From NCBI RefSeq assembly GCF_009914755.1, contig NC_060927.1: DNA of 64,000 nt; one strand, 5' to 3'. The DNA is from the human T2T-CHM13v2.0 reference genome, Homo sapiens. The notes under the pieces are model-generated. The model saw only the letters and a program-made list of their open reading frames with translations, was not told the DNA's origin and did not search any database. The first letter of the stretch is position 1, and the number at the start of each line of letters is the position of its first letter. A program made the translations under genes and the position numbers. Below are positions 41,601-56,526 of the stretch, piece after piece.

Positions 41601-44600
41601 TAAAAATGTTCATCTGTTGTTTTGTTTGGGAGTTTAAAGATAGTTTATTCTGCATTTAAAGATACTGTTTATTTCAGTACATAGATGCATTTGAAACTAG
41701 AAAGCAAATTTAGAATACTTTTGTATTTGTTTGTGATTATCAGTCCAAGATAAAAATGGTTTATCTTATCCAACTAGTCTTTCTTTACCTATACCAGAGT
41801 CCTCAGTTGGAGTGACCTTTGGAGTGGCTGGTGTCTTGGGTGATGTAGTTAATGAGATCTAGCGACATCATGACCCTGACCCCTTCGTGGCCCTGACTCC
41901 TCTCATCCATCTTCTTAACCCCACAAGGCTGCAAGTCAGTGTGTAGAATCAGGATTAAACAAGTGTGAATAAACAAGTTCAAGAGTTTTCTGCAGGGCTG
42001 CCAGTGCATGGCAGTAGCAAAGTAAGACACAGAGAACTTAATACCTGAAATGCTCTTTGTGCACCTCCACGAATCCTGTTGGAGAAATCAGTAATGTTTG
42101 TGGTCAGCGTAGTGCGTCTAATCTCCTCAGTTCGCTCCATTCCTGGACAGTGATGGCAGTTGGTCTTTATAATCACATAGCTGTTGGCACATTCAATGAA
42201 AGCATGGCTGATCTATCACTTACCCAATGTCACACATTGCTAAAGCTTTTATCTCATTAACTGTGATTAATGTTTGTATGGCATGGGCTTGTCATGTAAC
42301 TGTTCATATTCAGCAATTGTGAATCCCTTAGTTTACTTGATGACTGAAGGGTATTTCTCGTTTCAGAAGAGAACTTTATCTTAGGGGCCCAGCAGCCTTT
42401 TTGCAAGCCACCATTGTCACATGGCTTGAGAACTGTGTGATGTAGCCCTTCCTTGGCTCCTTCTCCATTACTGTCCTTCAGGGTGTTACTTGCCATTAAA
42501 CTTGGACACTTAGAAAAAAATACAAGAAATGTAGTAGAACTTCAAGGAAGTATTTACCTGTAATTCTTTCGTCTAAACATTGCTTTTCTAATATGATTTC
42601 CAATTAAGTCTGTGTTCCCAAAGTCAGATGGAAAGGGGTAGAGATGATGGATGCAGGTATTTTCTTGCCTTTGGCTACGGTTCTTGTCTTTTTCTGTGCT
42701 ATGCTTGGCAAGTCTTTCGCCTTAGCCCAGGGCAGCCTTTGGTAAGTTGACCAGTCAGTGATTAAACATATTTATTTAGTTCAGTGGGTCAGAGCTATTG
42801 CGACAGATAGAAAATTACTGATGGATTATCAATTTCAGCACCTCTGACATCTGGCCTCAGTGTAGTCCATCATCTGAGGACTCATAACACATTTTCTTCA
42901 ACAATAACATGCTCAGCTACCTGTGTGATCACACAGCTGAATATCGGAAAGATTTTGTTCAGATTTAATAAGACAAAAGTTGCAGAAATCAGACGAGTTC
43001 TGCACCTATACTTGAGAATCTAAAAGCACCCAGTGGTTTACACACAAGGCTGGAATAAGAACTGACTTGCACTGTAAATATGCTTTGTTGATTTTTGTGA
43101 TATTTTTATAACATTTTTACACTTACATTTTGGATTTGATGAAATAGTTACTTGGAATTATTTTGGAAACAATGTGACATATAAAAATAAAAATATTACT
43201 TGTTTCAAAATATTCTATTAAAAAATTTAAGGCATTAAAATAATGGTTTTAAATGTTTGGTCTACTACAGTGATAAAATTACCAAAATAAAACCCCAACT
43301 CAAATACCTATGATACTAAATCTTTTAAATTATAAACAAGATGTGAAATAAGATTTGCAAAATTTTTGTGTTTATTGTTATTGCTGAATGGTTCTTTTAA
43401 CCCAAGGGAGTTCTAGTAATAAAGAATAACAACCTTATTGCAAATGCTAATCTAACACAGAAATGTATTCTATTCCTCTGTCCATTTTACTATATCTCAG
43501 TATAATTTTCTTCATATCTGTATTTCAAAGTTCTACATAAATTTAAGAATAATCTTGATTCATTTTTCAAATGATTAAGGTTAGCAGTTTGTTTTATGGT
43601 AAGTTTATGTCTTTTAAAAACTGGTTATATTTGTTGAGAAATTAATAGATTGTGGCAGAGAATACATTGTAACTTTTATTTTGGCTTTATTCTCATTTGT
43701 AAATCTTTCATGTGATTATCCCTAAGGCTTTATACTCCTTGCACCTAATGGCCTACTTTCTGATGAGCCTACATTTAATATTTATGTGTGCTGTCATAAA
43801 AATATTTTTGAAGCTAAAAATTATTCTTAATCTTCATATGATGCATTTTCACACATTCTCTTGAATTACTAAACTGATAAGAACTTAGAAATGTTACCTT
43901 TGTTCACAAAATAAGGATTGAGCTCTTTGACATTGCAGTTTACATTTATTCACTAATACACCAGTGCTATGTGCCATTAAATTGAAAGGCCCTTTGGAAT
44001 GTCCAGCTTTTTACAATGTGATATAATGTGGCAATATTACAGGTTATTGTGGGCCATTATTTATTGTCAAAGACTTCCTGATTTGTCTTAGAATTAAGTG
44101 AGGTTTCTTCTATAGTTCTGTGGAAACCTTTAGTAGTTGACTATGGCATTTAATTAACCCATCTCTCCTTTGATATCTCAGAGCTGGCTTGGAAAATGTT
44201 GGGATGAATTCTAGTCACAGAATATGCTCAGTAATTTAGATTGGGCTGAAAAAACTGCTGTGGATGTTCAAAAAAGACACAATTTAAAAAATGAGGGAGA
44301 TCAGATTAGAATATGAGTTTGATTTGGAAATTCATTTGAGCAGTTGTAGGGAAGCCATTGTAACATTTTTTCCTTAAAGATTAATCCCTATAACAATTAG
44401 AACACTAAACATTTATTGGTTTTAAATTCTTAAATGTGATGCCTAGCACTTATGCTTCCTCAGATGTTTTACACAGTTATTTTAAAATTGGAGATGCTCC
44501 CTACGTGCACTCTATTTCGCTTGATGCCCAAGTTTCCTTTTGATTTTACTCTACGCCATTGACTTCTCTCTGAAATGACATGTATTATAAACTATACATG

Positions 44601-44668
44601 ACTTGTCAGGAGCAGGTCAACAGATATTTTTATGTAAAGCAAGCATGCAATAACAGAAAAGTTATATA

Positions 44669-45387
44669 CAGTCACGCATTGCTTAACAACAGGGATATGT
44701 TTTAAGAAATGAGACATTAGGCAATTTTTACATTGTGTGAACATCATATCCTGAACTTACACAAACCTAGATGGCATAGTCTACTACACACCTTGACTAT
44801 AACGTGTAGCCTATTGCTTCTAGCCTATAAACCTGTACAGCATGTTAGTATACTGAATATTGCAGGAAATTTGATATGATTTGGCTCTGTGTCGCCACCC
44901 AAATCTCATCTTGAGTTGTCCACTTGGGGAGTAAGGGACCTGGTGGGAGGTGATTGGATCATGGGTGAGGGTTCCTGTGTGCTGCTCTGATGAATGGTAG
45001 TGAGTGAGTTCTCACGAGATCTGATCCTTTAAAAGTGTTTAGCACTTCCCCCTTGCTCTCTCTTCTCCTGCCACCTTGTGAAGAAGGTGCTTGCTTCTCT
45101 TTGACCTTCTGCCATGATTGTAAGTTTCCTGAGGCCTCCCCAGCCATGCAGAACAGTGAGTCAATTAAACCTCTTTTCTTTATAAATTACCCAGTCTCAG
45201 GTAGTTCTTTATAGCAGTGTGAAAACAGACTAATACAAAATTGTAATACAATTGTAAGTATTTGTGCACCTAAACATGTGTAAACGCAGAAAAATTACAA
45301 TAAAAATACAGTATTATAACCTTACGGGACTATAGTCATATGTGCAGCCTGTTGTTGTTTGAAACATCATTACATGGTGTATGACTG
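44669..45387. mobile_element. Tigger3a/MER7A-like MITE, interrupted by an LTR
   Basis: TA|cagtcacgc...tatgactg|TA termini; 348 bp remain after removing the LTR and one TSD copy. Confidence 0.85.
44872..45237 (+). mobile_element. THE1D-like MaLR solo LTR
   Basis: tgatatgatttggctctgtgtc...caattaaacctcttttctttataaattacccagtctcaggtagttctttatagcagtgtgaaaacagactaataca; TG...CA ends; 5-bp TSD aaatt. Confidence 0.92.
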
Positions 45388-46837
45388 TATATTATTTTAG
45401 CATAAAGATTACATGGATCAAACCAGTAGCATGAACACTTGTTCTTCCATCAAAATTAATCAACTTAGAAGAAAATATTTATGAATGTAACTTGATATGG
45501 GTCAAAGTTTCTTTAGGTAAAGAAGCACGGAAGTAAAATCTCCAGATGCTTTCACATAGAAACGGATCTTATCTGTTACCTCACAGGGAAACTGAGAAAT
45601 TAAGCAAAGTAATGCATATGAAAGTACGTCACAAACTATAAAGAGCTGTAACAATGCAAGTATTTTAATGCTGTGTGAGTTTTTTGGTACAGACCAAGAA
45701 AGAAAGAAAATACATAGCTATCCATTTTTAGAGGCTCTGGACTGGCAGTCTAAGAGTTGCGGTTTTATGGAATTCACATCGACATGTAATGATTTTTCAT
45801 GTGAGCACATTGACATTGTCCAGTTTCATATAGTAAAATGTAATTCAGAAAGACACTGAGAACCACAGTTTTAAAGTACTGCCTTCCTTCTAATGTTCTT
45901 GTCATTCAAATGTCCTTGAAAGCATTTGAATCAGTAATTTTGAATGACTGTTATGATAGAATGTTTAATAAACCCTATTAAGCATGAATTATTTTCTTCA
46001 CTTCTCTTACAATACTGGATTAGTGTTTTGAATCATCAACAACCTTGATTTCTATACTGAAATTCCATTTTGTTAGCATCATGATGACCGATAATGATTA
46101 CAAATGTGTAGAGTAACAATTATTTTAACGTGTAATAGACATTGGCATTTATTCCATGTGTCCGGCATGAACATTTGTCCTACGGGCAAGGTAGTTTGGA
46201 GAGATATGGCAAAGAACTAAGTCAATGATGTTGATATAGCAATCTAATAACTTTACTTTGATGACCTAAAAAGATTTAGGCATTGGGAGAATCTGGAAAA
46301 TTATGAAGCTTCTAAAATGTGTCCTGAAGAGATTCAAAGGAAATCACATTTTTCTCCTGCTCTGGATTGATTCATACTATAATTTACCTCTCATAAAACT
46401 GATCATATGTTAATATTAAGTTAATAGTTGTAAGTTGATAGTAAAATTTTAAATGTGGAGTAGCTGCACAAAATATGGAAGAAAAGAATTTGCTTTTATT
46501 CTGTGAATTTAAGATTAGCCTGACGTCGTTATGCTCATTTTAGCAGTTGCAAAGATAAAATTCATTGGCATAGCTGGAATTACAGTGATAGGAGTTGGCT
46601 TTGAAGAAAAATCAACTTTGCCACCTATTGCCTTGTCTGTATTCAAAATAGTATACATTTTAGCTAAGTTTGAATGTGGACTTAAATAAAAACCAAAACT
46701 AAAAGATAAGAAAAAGCAACTGAGCAGCTTTATACTGAGCAGAACAGGGAACTTAAACAGGCATTGGTATTTTGAAATTGATTTACATGTAGCCAGCTTT
46801 GTTTACCATACTCCTTACCCTTAGAAACCCAAAATAA

Positions 46838-47193
<356 letters not shown>

Positions 47194-49636
47194 AAAGTAT
47201 TATTATGCTGACCTGAATACATGCTCAGGTTTTGATATTCTTTTAAAATTCTTTCATATTCTGTCAGCATAATCATTTTAACTAATATCCATTTCACTAT
47301 GAATTCATGTAAGTCCTTCATTGGTTGAAACTGAGTGGGGAATGGAATATCCTGATTTTAAAATTTTCTGCTTAATGATACCTATTACATTTTTAATTGG
47401 CTTCTACTGGAATGGGGAAATACAATTGGATTTTGCATCCAGCAATCTTACTGACCTCTCTTGGGTTCTCTGTGAAATAATTGTTTTATCTGCAAGTAAC
47501 GAAAATTTCTCCTATTTGAATAAAAGTCTTATTTACTTAAATTAAATAATAAATTAATTAATATTTTCTGCTTAACTACTTAAGCCAGATTTGTTTTGTT
47601 TAAGCCACCATGCTCTGTTGAAATTTTTCTTGTAGGTATTGTTTTATATTATATATTAGTGTTGGAATTGCTTGGATGATTAAGATCTCATCAGGGTAAT
47701 AATTCTAAGTGTCAGTTTTCTCTATATTATAGAATTATGAATATACTATGTTACTCTACAGTGTAAAATTCAGTTTTCATCCACATAAATTGAGCTTTAA
47801 TTATGTTCTGGAAATTTTCATACACATTTCATCTTCACTGCAAGCCACTGATATTTAGAATTTTATTATTATTATTCTTTTTGAGGAAATTTAATGGCAG
47901 GGTAGATTTTTTTAAAAAAATTGCCCAAAGCCTAACAGCTAGCCAGAGGGGATTTTTGAATTTCCATGTGTTAGTTCAATGACCTGGATATTTTTTCCAC
48001 TTCACACAATATCTAGAGTGTTTAATGTAAGGAAGAATTCTTAGGATTGATCTCTTTGTGAATATAAAGTGCAACGAGACTTTCTGATTATGGGAGTTCA
48101 GGATCTTGATTTACTGAGATGTAACTCTCTTGTTCTACACAGATGAAGTAGATAACTATTTTTAAACACTGAAAGGTGTGTGTGTGTGTTTATGTCTAAA
48201 GAGAGAGGAAGGTAGTATTAAATATTAATCTGCTCCCCAACTCTAAAAATGTAGACTCTTTGATTTGTGGTCATGAACATATTTTCTTGTTTGATTTCAA
48301 ATTTCAGTCTAGTGTCCCTTGCCCCTTAGGCTGCAGATGTCAATTTGTGGTCATCCATGCCGATGTGTAAATGAGTAAGTGTTGCCCCGGCAAAGAGCTG
48401 AGGTTATAATTTAGCCGTCGCTGCCCCTTTGCTTTTGTGTGGATTAAAATAGCTACTATGTAAAATCTTCATTAATTTTCATATTCGGAGTATATGTAGA
48501 AATCCACAAAGTTAGCTAATTTAAAATCAGATTATTATTACACTCATAGTAAACCCATAGAGAATGGCCACTTAAAAGGCTGAAGTCCCGTCAAACACCT
48601 TTTTTTAAAGGGATGACAACATAAAAAATGAACCAATGATGCCTCACCTTCTCAGATCTGTTCCACATGTGGTGTTGTGGTAATATTGTGAGCACTGAAG
48701 TATTAAAACAGTTTTGTCTTGTGTTCCCTCATTCTGACAGGCCAATGACATAATGTCGACAAGCCATCTCTGATAGATTCAAAATTGAAAGTGAATACAC
48801 TGCCTCTTTTTCCTAGTTCACACTAATGGTGTTTGAGTCAACGTGCTAATTTCACTGCTTCCAACATACAGTCCTCCCTAGTAAGTCTGGGAATAGCTTG
48901 TGAGGGGCTTTTTTTTTCAGGCTGCAAAGAACTGTTTGATCAAAGTCATTACTTTGTTATTAAAGGAGAAGAATGGAGAGGAATCAGCAATAAAAGCAAA
49001 GACAAGTTTAGGATCTGAACTCTGAAAAGCAGTTTGCCAATAAAGATATTAACTCTATATGATTTAATATTTCCACAACAATGTTAATCAGTTGATTTTC
49101 ATAAACATACATGGACTGGGAGTATTAACAATAGTAAAGGAAGAAATTTAGCGTTCTGTGAATTGATTTTTAGTTCTATGCCATATTATACAGTCCTATA
49201 AAGGAAGATAATAAGCTATAAAAGGAACCAGACCTTATCACCCAGGCAAATTTTTGTTGGTTTGTTTGTGTTTTTTCTGCAGCAGTTTCCAGGAAATCAA
49301 AAGTTTTGCTTCTCTGGCTATATAATTCAAGATGATTCATCAAATTATTGCTTTTACAAAGGTGCAAAAACTTTGAGGAGTTAGAAAATAATTGAGGTTG
49401 ATTATTGGAGCACTTTGGAAGTATTTTGTTCATTTATTTATTTAATCACTGAAATAGTTACTAGAGCTTTCTGTGAATTTAGCTTGTTTTGGTGTGTATT
49501 AAGGTGTGGCCCTTGCCTTTTGACTGCTTGCACACTAATTTGAAAAATTAGACATACACATATGAAACTGTTTAACAATTCTAGAGAGTGGACAAGAAAA
49601 TGATAAACGTAGGTAAGGGTAGAGGACAGCAGCTTT

Positions 49637-49960
49637 CATATATATATATGTATCTATATAGATATATAGATAATCTATATGTATCTAGATATATAATCTA
49701 TATAGATACATATCTATATAGATGCATATGTATCTAGATAGATATATAATCTATCTATATAGATACACATATCTATATACATAGATATATAATCTATCTA
49801 TATAGATACATAGATACATATATAGATACATATATAGATACACATATCTATGTAGATAGATATATAGATTATCTATATAGATACACTTGTATCTATATAG
49901 ATAGATATGTAGATAATCTATCTATATAGATATATATGTATCTATATAGATATATATATG
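49637..49960. repeat. Palindromic AT-rich satellite built from ATCTATATAGAT / TAGA / TATC units
   Basis: Repeated self-complementary unit atctatatagat over about 320 bp. Confidence 0.9.
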
Positions 49961-50764
49961 TTCACAATGGTGTGTAAAACATACGTGTGTAAAACATTTG
50001 AAAAACTGCTTTCTTGCAATAAAATCCTACTGGAAATCCCAGTGCCCAGTGTCTAGATGGGTTAAAGGCAGATATTTTCTGCTCCTTTCGTTCTGGATAC
50101 TTCAAAGTTCAAATGATTGAAAATTATTTTTGTAGGATCAGGGAGGCTTGAGCCGAATGAAAGATATGAGTTAGAGGAGGTGATGAAGCCTCCTTCTTCA
50201 GAAGATGTCTTTTGAATGGAACAAAATTTGAAAAATTGGAAGAGAGGAAAATGGAGCATATCAGAAGGAAATAGCACGGTGAAAGTAGACATTTCAAGCC
50301 GGGAAAGAGTAGCGTTTTTGGACTGTGAGAAGACCCATGTGATAGGAGTAGAGTTTATATTACTGATTCATGAGGAGCCTGGGTTAGGAGAAGCCAAGCT
50401 AACAGGAGCCACAAATGCCAGGCATAGATATTTCGAAGACCATCCAGGAGTCAGTAGTATGTATATATTCAGGAACCTTTGAAAATGGACATGACACAAT
50501 GTGATATAACATAAGTTATATAAATGTGGAGTTGTAGGAGTGGGTTACTGTGCAAAATATAATCAGGGTAGGAAAAACTTGAGGGGTCTGTTGTATTCTT
50601 GCATTCACTTTTGGTAATAGGTATACTGGCTTCAGAAATAGTAGTGCAGTTACCTTAATTTTAGTCATAAACTAAGTATACAACTTGTTTAGGCAACCAT
50701 TTTTAGTTCCAATTAAAAGTAACAAATAAAGTATCCATTATAATTTCTTACAGTTTCCAAGGTC

Positions 50765-50900
50765 TTACCCTCTCTTCCTCCCTCCCTTCTTCCCTTTACC
50801 TTTTCTCTCTTCTTACTCTCTATCTTTATTCTCCCTTTCTTTCTTTTTTCCCCCTTTCTTTCCTTTTTCCTCTTCCTTTCCTCTTTCTGTATCTCTTCCT
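50765..50900. repeat. Polypyrimidine (CT-rich) low-complexity tract
   Basis: About 135 bp almost entirely C/T on the + strand. Confidence 0.8.
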
Positions 50901-52624
50901 ACCATATAATATCCTGGACTTTTACTCATTATAAATACTTAACTCTAATATGATATGATTATATCCTCATATTCCAGTAACATCAGAATTCCAATGGGAA
51001 GAATCTAGGCAATTTTAAGATATATAATTTAAATAATGGCATGTCCCTACTTTTGCTCATTTTCCAGGTAGTTTTTAGATACAAGCTTTCTTTGCTATGA
51101 AACCTGGAACTATAATAAAATTTAGGCCAGATATTCACACTTAGTGGAAAAACCATATTAACTATAATAGTTGTGGTCTGTCTGCACCACGCCAATCACA
51201 GTCACATGAGTGTCTGTGGATTTCTGCTTCTAAGGGTGCTGTTTATATAAACCAGGTGACTATAGTGAAGGAAGAGATTTGCTTTTGAAGCATAAATCAC
51301 TACAAATTTCAACCTGTCCAGGACTTATATCATCTGTAGGTGTTTGTTTTGTTAATTACTTTGCATTTCATTCAGATGTGGTGCTATTGCTTTAGTATTC
51401 TAAGATTAACTCTGCTGAATTTGGGGGTCAAGGTCTCTATCATTTGTTTCACTGATAGGCACACAATATTCTTTCTTCTTAACGACGAAAAGATTGATCA
51501 GTGAAAGAAGACAAACGCTGACCAAGCTACACATCGGTATTTATGTCCGCGTGCCTGATCAAAAGTGTGATCTGAGTGAATCTAAACTTTTCAGCATGAG
51601 GAAATATGAAAAAAAGTGTCTTAGATATAGAAAAAGTTTGCTTCACCATAATTATAATGCTTTTTCAATACAGGTATTTACCAGTTATTTAGTATATAAT
51701 AAAGTTGTTGTATATATATAACTTAACTGAAGTATAAGTTGATTAACAGCCAATTTTAGAGTGCAATTTTTAGTAATTCATATCATAAAATAAACTATAT
51801 ACAATTGTCATAAAAATATGGCTATGTTTAGTTCACTTCTACTTCTGAAGTACTATTAGTTGTTTCACTTATATAATTAAAGGAAAACATGTTTGCAGAG
51901 TCTAGAGCCTACAAATTCAAAACTGGTTATTATCATTTATTCAGCTCCCAGCGATTGCACACATTTGACCCTAAATGACAAAGTAAATGAAAGCCCTTTT
52001 TCAAAGTAATACAATCAGTTCAAAAAATATTGTGCTAATAAAGTTATACATTCTAATTGAAAGATTGATGGCAATCCATTTAGTTGTTACTAGGTTATTT
52101 GTGACAGACAGATGCAGAGTAACCTCATTACAGTCAGAATTGTGATGACTTGTAGCTGAGGAGAGGAATAAAGCTTTAAACCATTGTCACAGTCCCTTTC
52201 CAAAACGTATTCAAAGATGATTTAAAAGAAAATATATGACCATTAAATAGAAGTTCGAATTGGTTACCTAGGAGTGTTATTATAGAAGCAATGAAGTAAT
52301 CATCTGTTTGATCCACAATTGGCCTACTTAAAATTCACAAATCAGATTTACAGATTCCAATTTGTGTAAGAGAAAAACAGTGCCAAATACTGGATTAAAA
52401 AGATTATCCCTTGTGGTTTGGCATTTTTAGTTCATATTTTTAGTTGTTTTCTTCTTGATCATCAAATATATATCGGCTTATTTTAGACATTTCTGCCCAC
52501 AATCACCAGTTCATGATAAATTATTCCACAGTATTCATTTGTACGTTGTCCAATAGTTTAAAGTCAGGCTTTCAGCATTAGTACCCAAGGGAACTCTATC
52601 AACATTCTGAAGTTATGTAATTGA

Positions 52625-53038
<414 letters not shown>

Positions 53039-54230
53039 GAAACTTCTTTTTTTCTTAATGAAAAACAAGGTAGAAATGTTGACCTACAGGAAGCTCCACC
53101 TGCTCCTCATAGTCTTCCTACTGCAATATTTGCATGTATTTCTAAAATTTCTTATGTTCAGGAGCACCTTTTTTGTTTCAAATGTGACAGTCCGGTGCTA
53201 TGCTTGGCACATAAAACCCGTTTTATTCTGATCACTTCTCATTTGTGGTTTAATCTTGCGCACAGTTGTCCTTGCCTCTCTCCTGTCTCAGCATTTGAGC
53301 TTTCTGTTACTCTTGTACATACTGAACTTTTTCTTGTGCTCCTCACTATCACCACCATGTCTTTTATTATAGATATCTTTCACCATGAATCCTTTTATTA
53401 TAGATTATTTTTCACCATGAATTCTAAAATTCTCTTACATTGACAAAAGTACTCTTTGCAAGAAGACTATTTACCAACTTGAAAGAAGGCTAATTCTATT
53501 TTTTTAAGTGAATTTCTCAAAAGAAGATTTTCATTGTGTGGGTAAGTCAGTTAAATATCTATTGGGTATTTCTTATCCGCTAGTAAACTTAAAAAAGGTG
53601 TTCTTTCTAAGGTAGTGTCTTTCCATAAAGTTGACATTTTATCTTTCCTAATCAGGAAAATTAAGGCCTCATTCCCTTGTAGGTTGTGTTATCAGTTAAG
53701 GCTAAAGTTTTGACTTATCCAAGCAGGTGAATTAAAGAATATGTAATAATAGAGTCTTAACCAACAGAACACCAGTCAGTTGAGAGGTTGTGTGTTGAGG
53801 TGAAAGACCAAGGACTGAAATGGGAATGAAGGACCTTCCATTCAATCCTAGTTATAGATCATTTACCAAAGATTACTTACTAGCTATGTAAGGCCTCAGA
53901 CAAATTATTTAGTGTCTGAGTCACAGTTTTTCGCCTATAATGTTAACCAGCTTTGATGGTTCTAAACTTATAAGGGTGTGGTGATACTTATATTTTATAA
54001 TTAAACGTGATTTATTCATTTATGATTCATTAAGATAGAAAATGTTTCAAAAATTATACTTACTTCTCATTTATTTAAGCAGGTGATTATGGGAGGACTT
54101 CTAGATGCCAGGTGCATATCCAGGTGTTAAGGCTATGTCAGCGAATAAGCTAGAAAAAGGCCTCCTAGAGCTTATATTCTCAGTGCTTACCTATTCAGTG
54201 CAGAAGCTTGAAACCTATATGAATGTAAAC

Positions 54231-54420
54231 ACAGTAGTCCTTTCCTCATTGCTTTCTAGGGGCGCTATCCTCTCATTAGTCATTTAGGAGACCTCTTGGT
54301 TATCAGATCAAAAAAACATGGTATATACTGTACAGTATAAGCTTTGGTACTATCCCTGGTTTCAGATATCCAAGTGGGGGTTTTCGAATGTATCCCTCAT
54401 GGATAAGAAGGGACTGCTGT
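54231..54420. mobile_element. MER44-like TcMar-Tigger remnant
   Basis: Inverted termini: cagtagtcc...ggtactatccctggtttcag...atgtatccctcatggataagaagggactgctg|ta. Confidence 0.6.
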
Positions 54421-55240
54421 ACACAAAAATAAAACTACTCAACATTTCACTATTAACAATATGTGGATGACTAATTTTTTGCACGTTTTTGTGTGTACTG
54501 TGTTTTGCAATATTTTTTTCAGATTGCTGGTGTAGTCCATCTATTTTGCTTTCTTGTATGAATTACATAAATATTTTCCCATATTATGTTTTTCTTCACC
54601 ATGATATTTAATGGTGGACCTTTCATCCCATGTTCTGTGCTAATTTTCTTAATTCTTTGTCATTGGATATTTAGGATGTTTCTAGTTTTTCAGGGTTGCA
54701 TATGAATATATGAACTATGAAGAACATACCGTGATACAAATCCTTGTGCTCAACCTTGGTTATTTCCTTTGAATAAATTCATACAGTAGAATTACCAGTC
54801 AGTGAGTATACATAAAAATTTAAACTTCCATCAAAAAATATCTGAAAATTCAGGCTTACTCATTTCTTTTCCTTGGATATTTTCCTTTGCTAATATGATA
54901 GGTGAAAATATTATTGCATAATAATTTTACTTTTTATTTCTAGTGAGGCTAAAAGCTGTTGCGTGAGTATTGGCTTAATCTTTCTCTTTTTGTGAATTGC
55001 CTATTTATGTTTAAGTGTTTTCTCCTTTTGGAGTGCTCTTTTTAGAAACTTTTACAACTGTCTTTTTTTCTACTAATTATTTCTTTATTTTTAGTAATAA
55101 TTATTAATTATTACTAATTATGTGTCTTTATTTTTCAACTTTATTAATGTTTACTTGTCAAGTAAAACTTGTATATATTTATGGTGTACAGTGGGATGTT
55201 TTGATATATGTACACATTGTGCAATGACTAAATCAAGCTA

Positions 55241-56526
55241 TTAGGTTTATGCAAAAGTAATTGTGGTTTTGGACCATGAATTTTAAATCATTATAACTAG
55301 GCTCAAACACATCTTTATTAATCAAAATAGGAACTATTACAATCAACACATTTTTGCCAATGAGAAATAAGTTTGTTTATTCCTGTAGCATAAAAATCTG
55401 TGATTGGGGATTTGACGAACTCTTGGAAAGCATTTTCTGCATTCTGCAGGTTGTGGAAGCGTTTTTCCCTGCAAAAAGTTGTCGAGATGCTTGAAGAAGT
55501 GATAGTCGGTTGGCGAGAGGACAGGTGAATATGGCAGATGAGGCAAAACTTTGTAGCCCAATTCGTTCAACTTTTGAAGTGTTGGTTGTGCAACGTGCGG
55601 TCGGGTGTTGTTGTTGAGAAGAATTGGGCCCTTTCTGTTGACCACTGTCAGGTGCAGGCATTGCAGTTTTTGGTGCATCTCATCGATTTGCTGAGCATAC
55701 TTCCCAGTTGTAATGGTTTTGCCGGGATTCAGAAAGCTGTTGTAGTTCAGACTGGCAGCAGACCACCAAAGAGTGACCATGACCCTTTTTTTGGTGCAAC
55801 TTTGGCTTTGAGAAGTGCTTTGGAGCTTCTTCTGGGTCCCACCACTGAGCTTGTTGTCACTGGTTGTCACATAAAATCCACTTTTCATTGCACGTCACCA
55901 TCAGATTGAGAAATGACTTCTTGTTGCATAGAATAAGAGAAGACAACGCTTCAAAACAACAATTTTTTTTTATTATTGCTCAGATCTTGAGGCAACCACT
56001 GTGCAAGCTCTTTTATCTTTCCAATTTGCTTCAACTGTTAAACAACCACAGAATGGTTGACATTGAGTTCTTCGGCAACTTTTCATGTAGTTGTAAGAGG
56101 GTCAGCTTCCATGATGACTCTCAAATGGTCATTGTCAACTTCCGATGGCCGGCCACTGCACTCCTCATCTTCAAGCCTCTCGTCTCCTTTGCAAAGCTTC
56201 TTGCCTCACCACTGCACTGTACGTTCGTTAGCAGTTCCTGGGCCAAATGCATGGCTGTTGTTGTGAATTGTCTCTGCTTCTTTACGACACATTTTGAACT
56301 CGATTAAGAAAGTCACTTGAATTTGCTTTTTGTCTAACTTCATTTCCATAATCTAAAATAAATATAGAATAAACAGCAAGTAATAAGTAATTAGCAAAAA
56401 AAATAAAGTGAGAAATGTGCATTAAAATGATGTATAACATAACCACATTTATTTATGAATGCATTCCAATACTAAACGGCAAATTTTAACAATGCAAAAG
56501 CTGCAATTATGTTTGCACCAACCTGA
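55241..56526 (-). mobile_element. Full-length Hsmar1 mariner DNA transposon (1286 bp)
   Basis: 30-bp ITRs ttaggtttatgcaaaagtaattgtggtttt and (minus strand) tcaggttggtgcaaacataattgcagcttt; TA on both flanks; internal mariner transposase remnants. Confidence 0.95.
55318..56349 (-). pseudogene. Inactive Hsmar1 transposase
   Basis: Starts MEMKLDKKQIQVTFLIEFKM...GPGTANERTVQW* (premature stop). Later motifs VTCNEKW, LNNNTRPH and HLPYSPVLSPTDYHFFKHLDNFLQGK lie in shifted frames. Confidence 0.93.

Noticed and set aside
53353-53423. Tandem duplication of about 32 bp (cttttattatagat...tttcaccatgaat)
   Set aside because: Real, but an ordinary short slippage duplication with no sign of function.
55343-55888. 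181-aa ORF as an active or domesticated transposase
   Set aside because: It is a frameshifted fragment without the DNA-binding domain, with catalytic D-to-N changes and an upstream premature stop.
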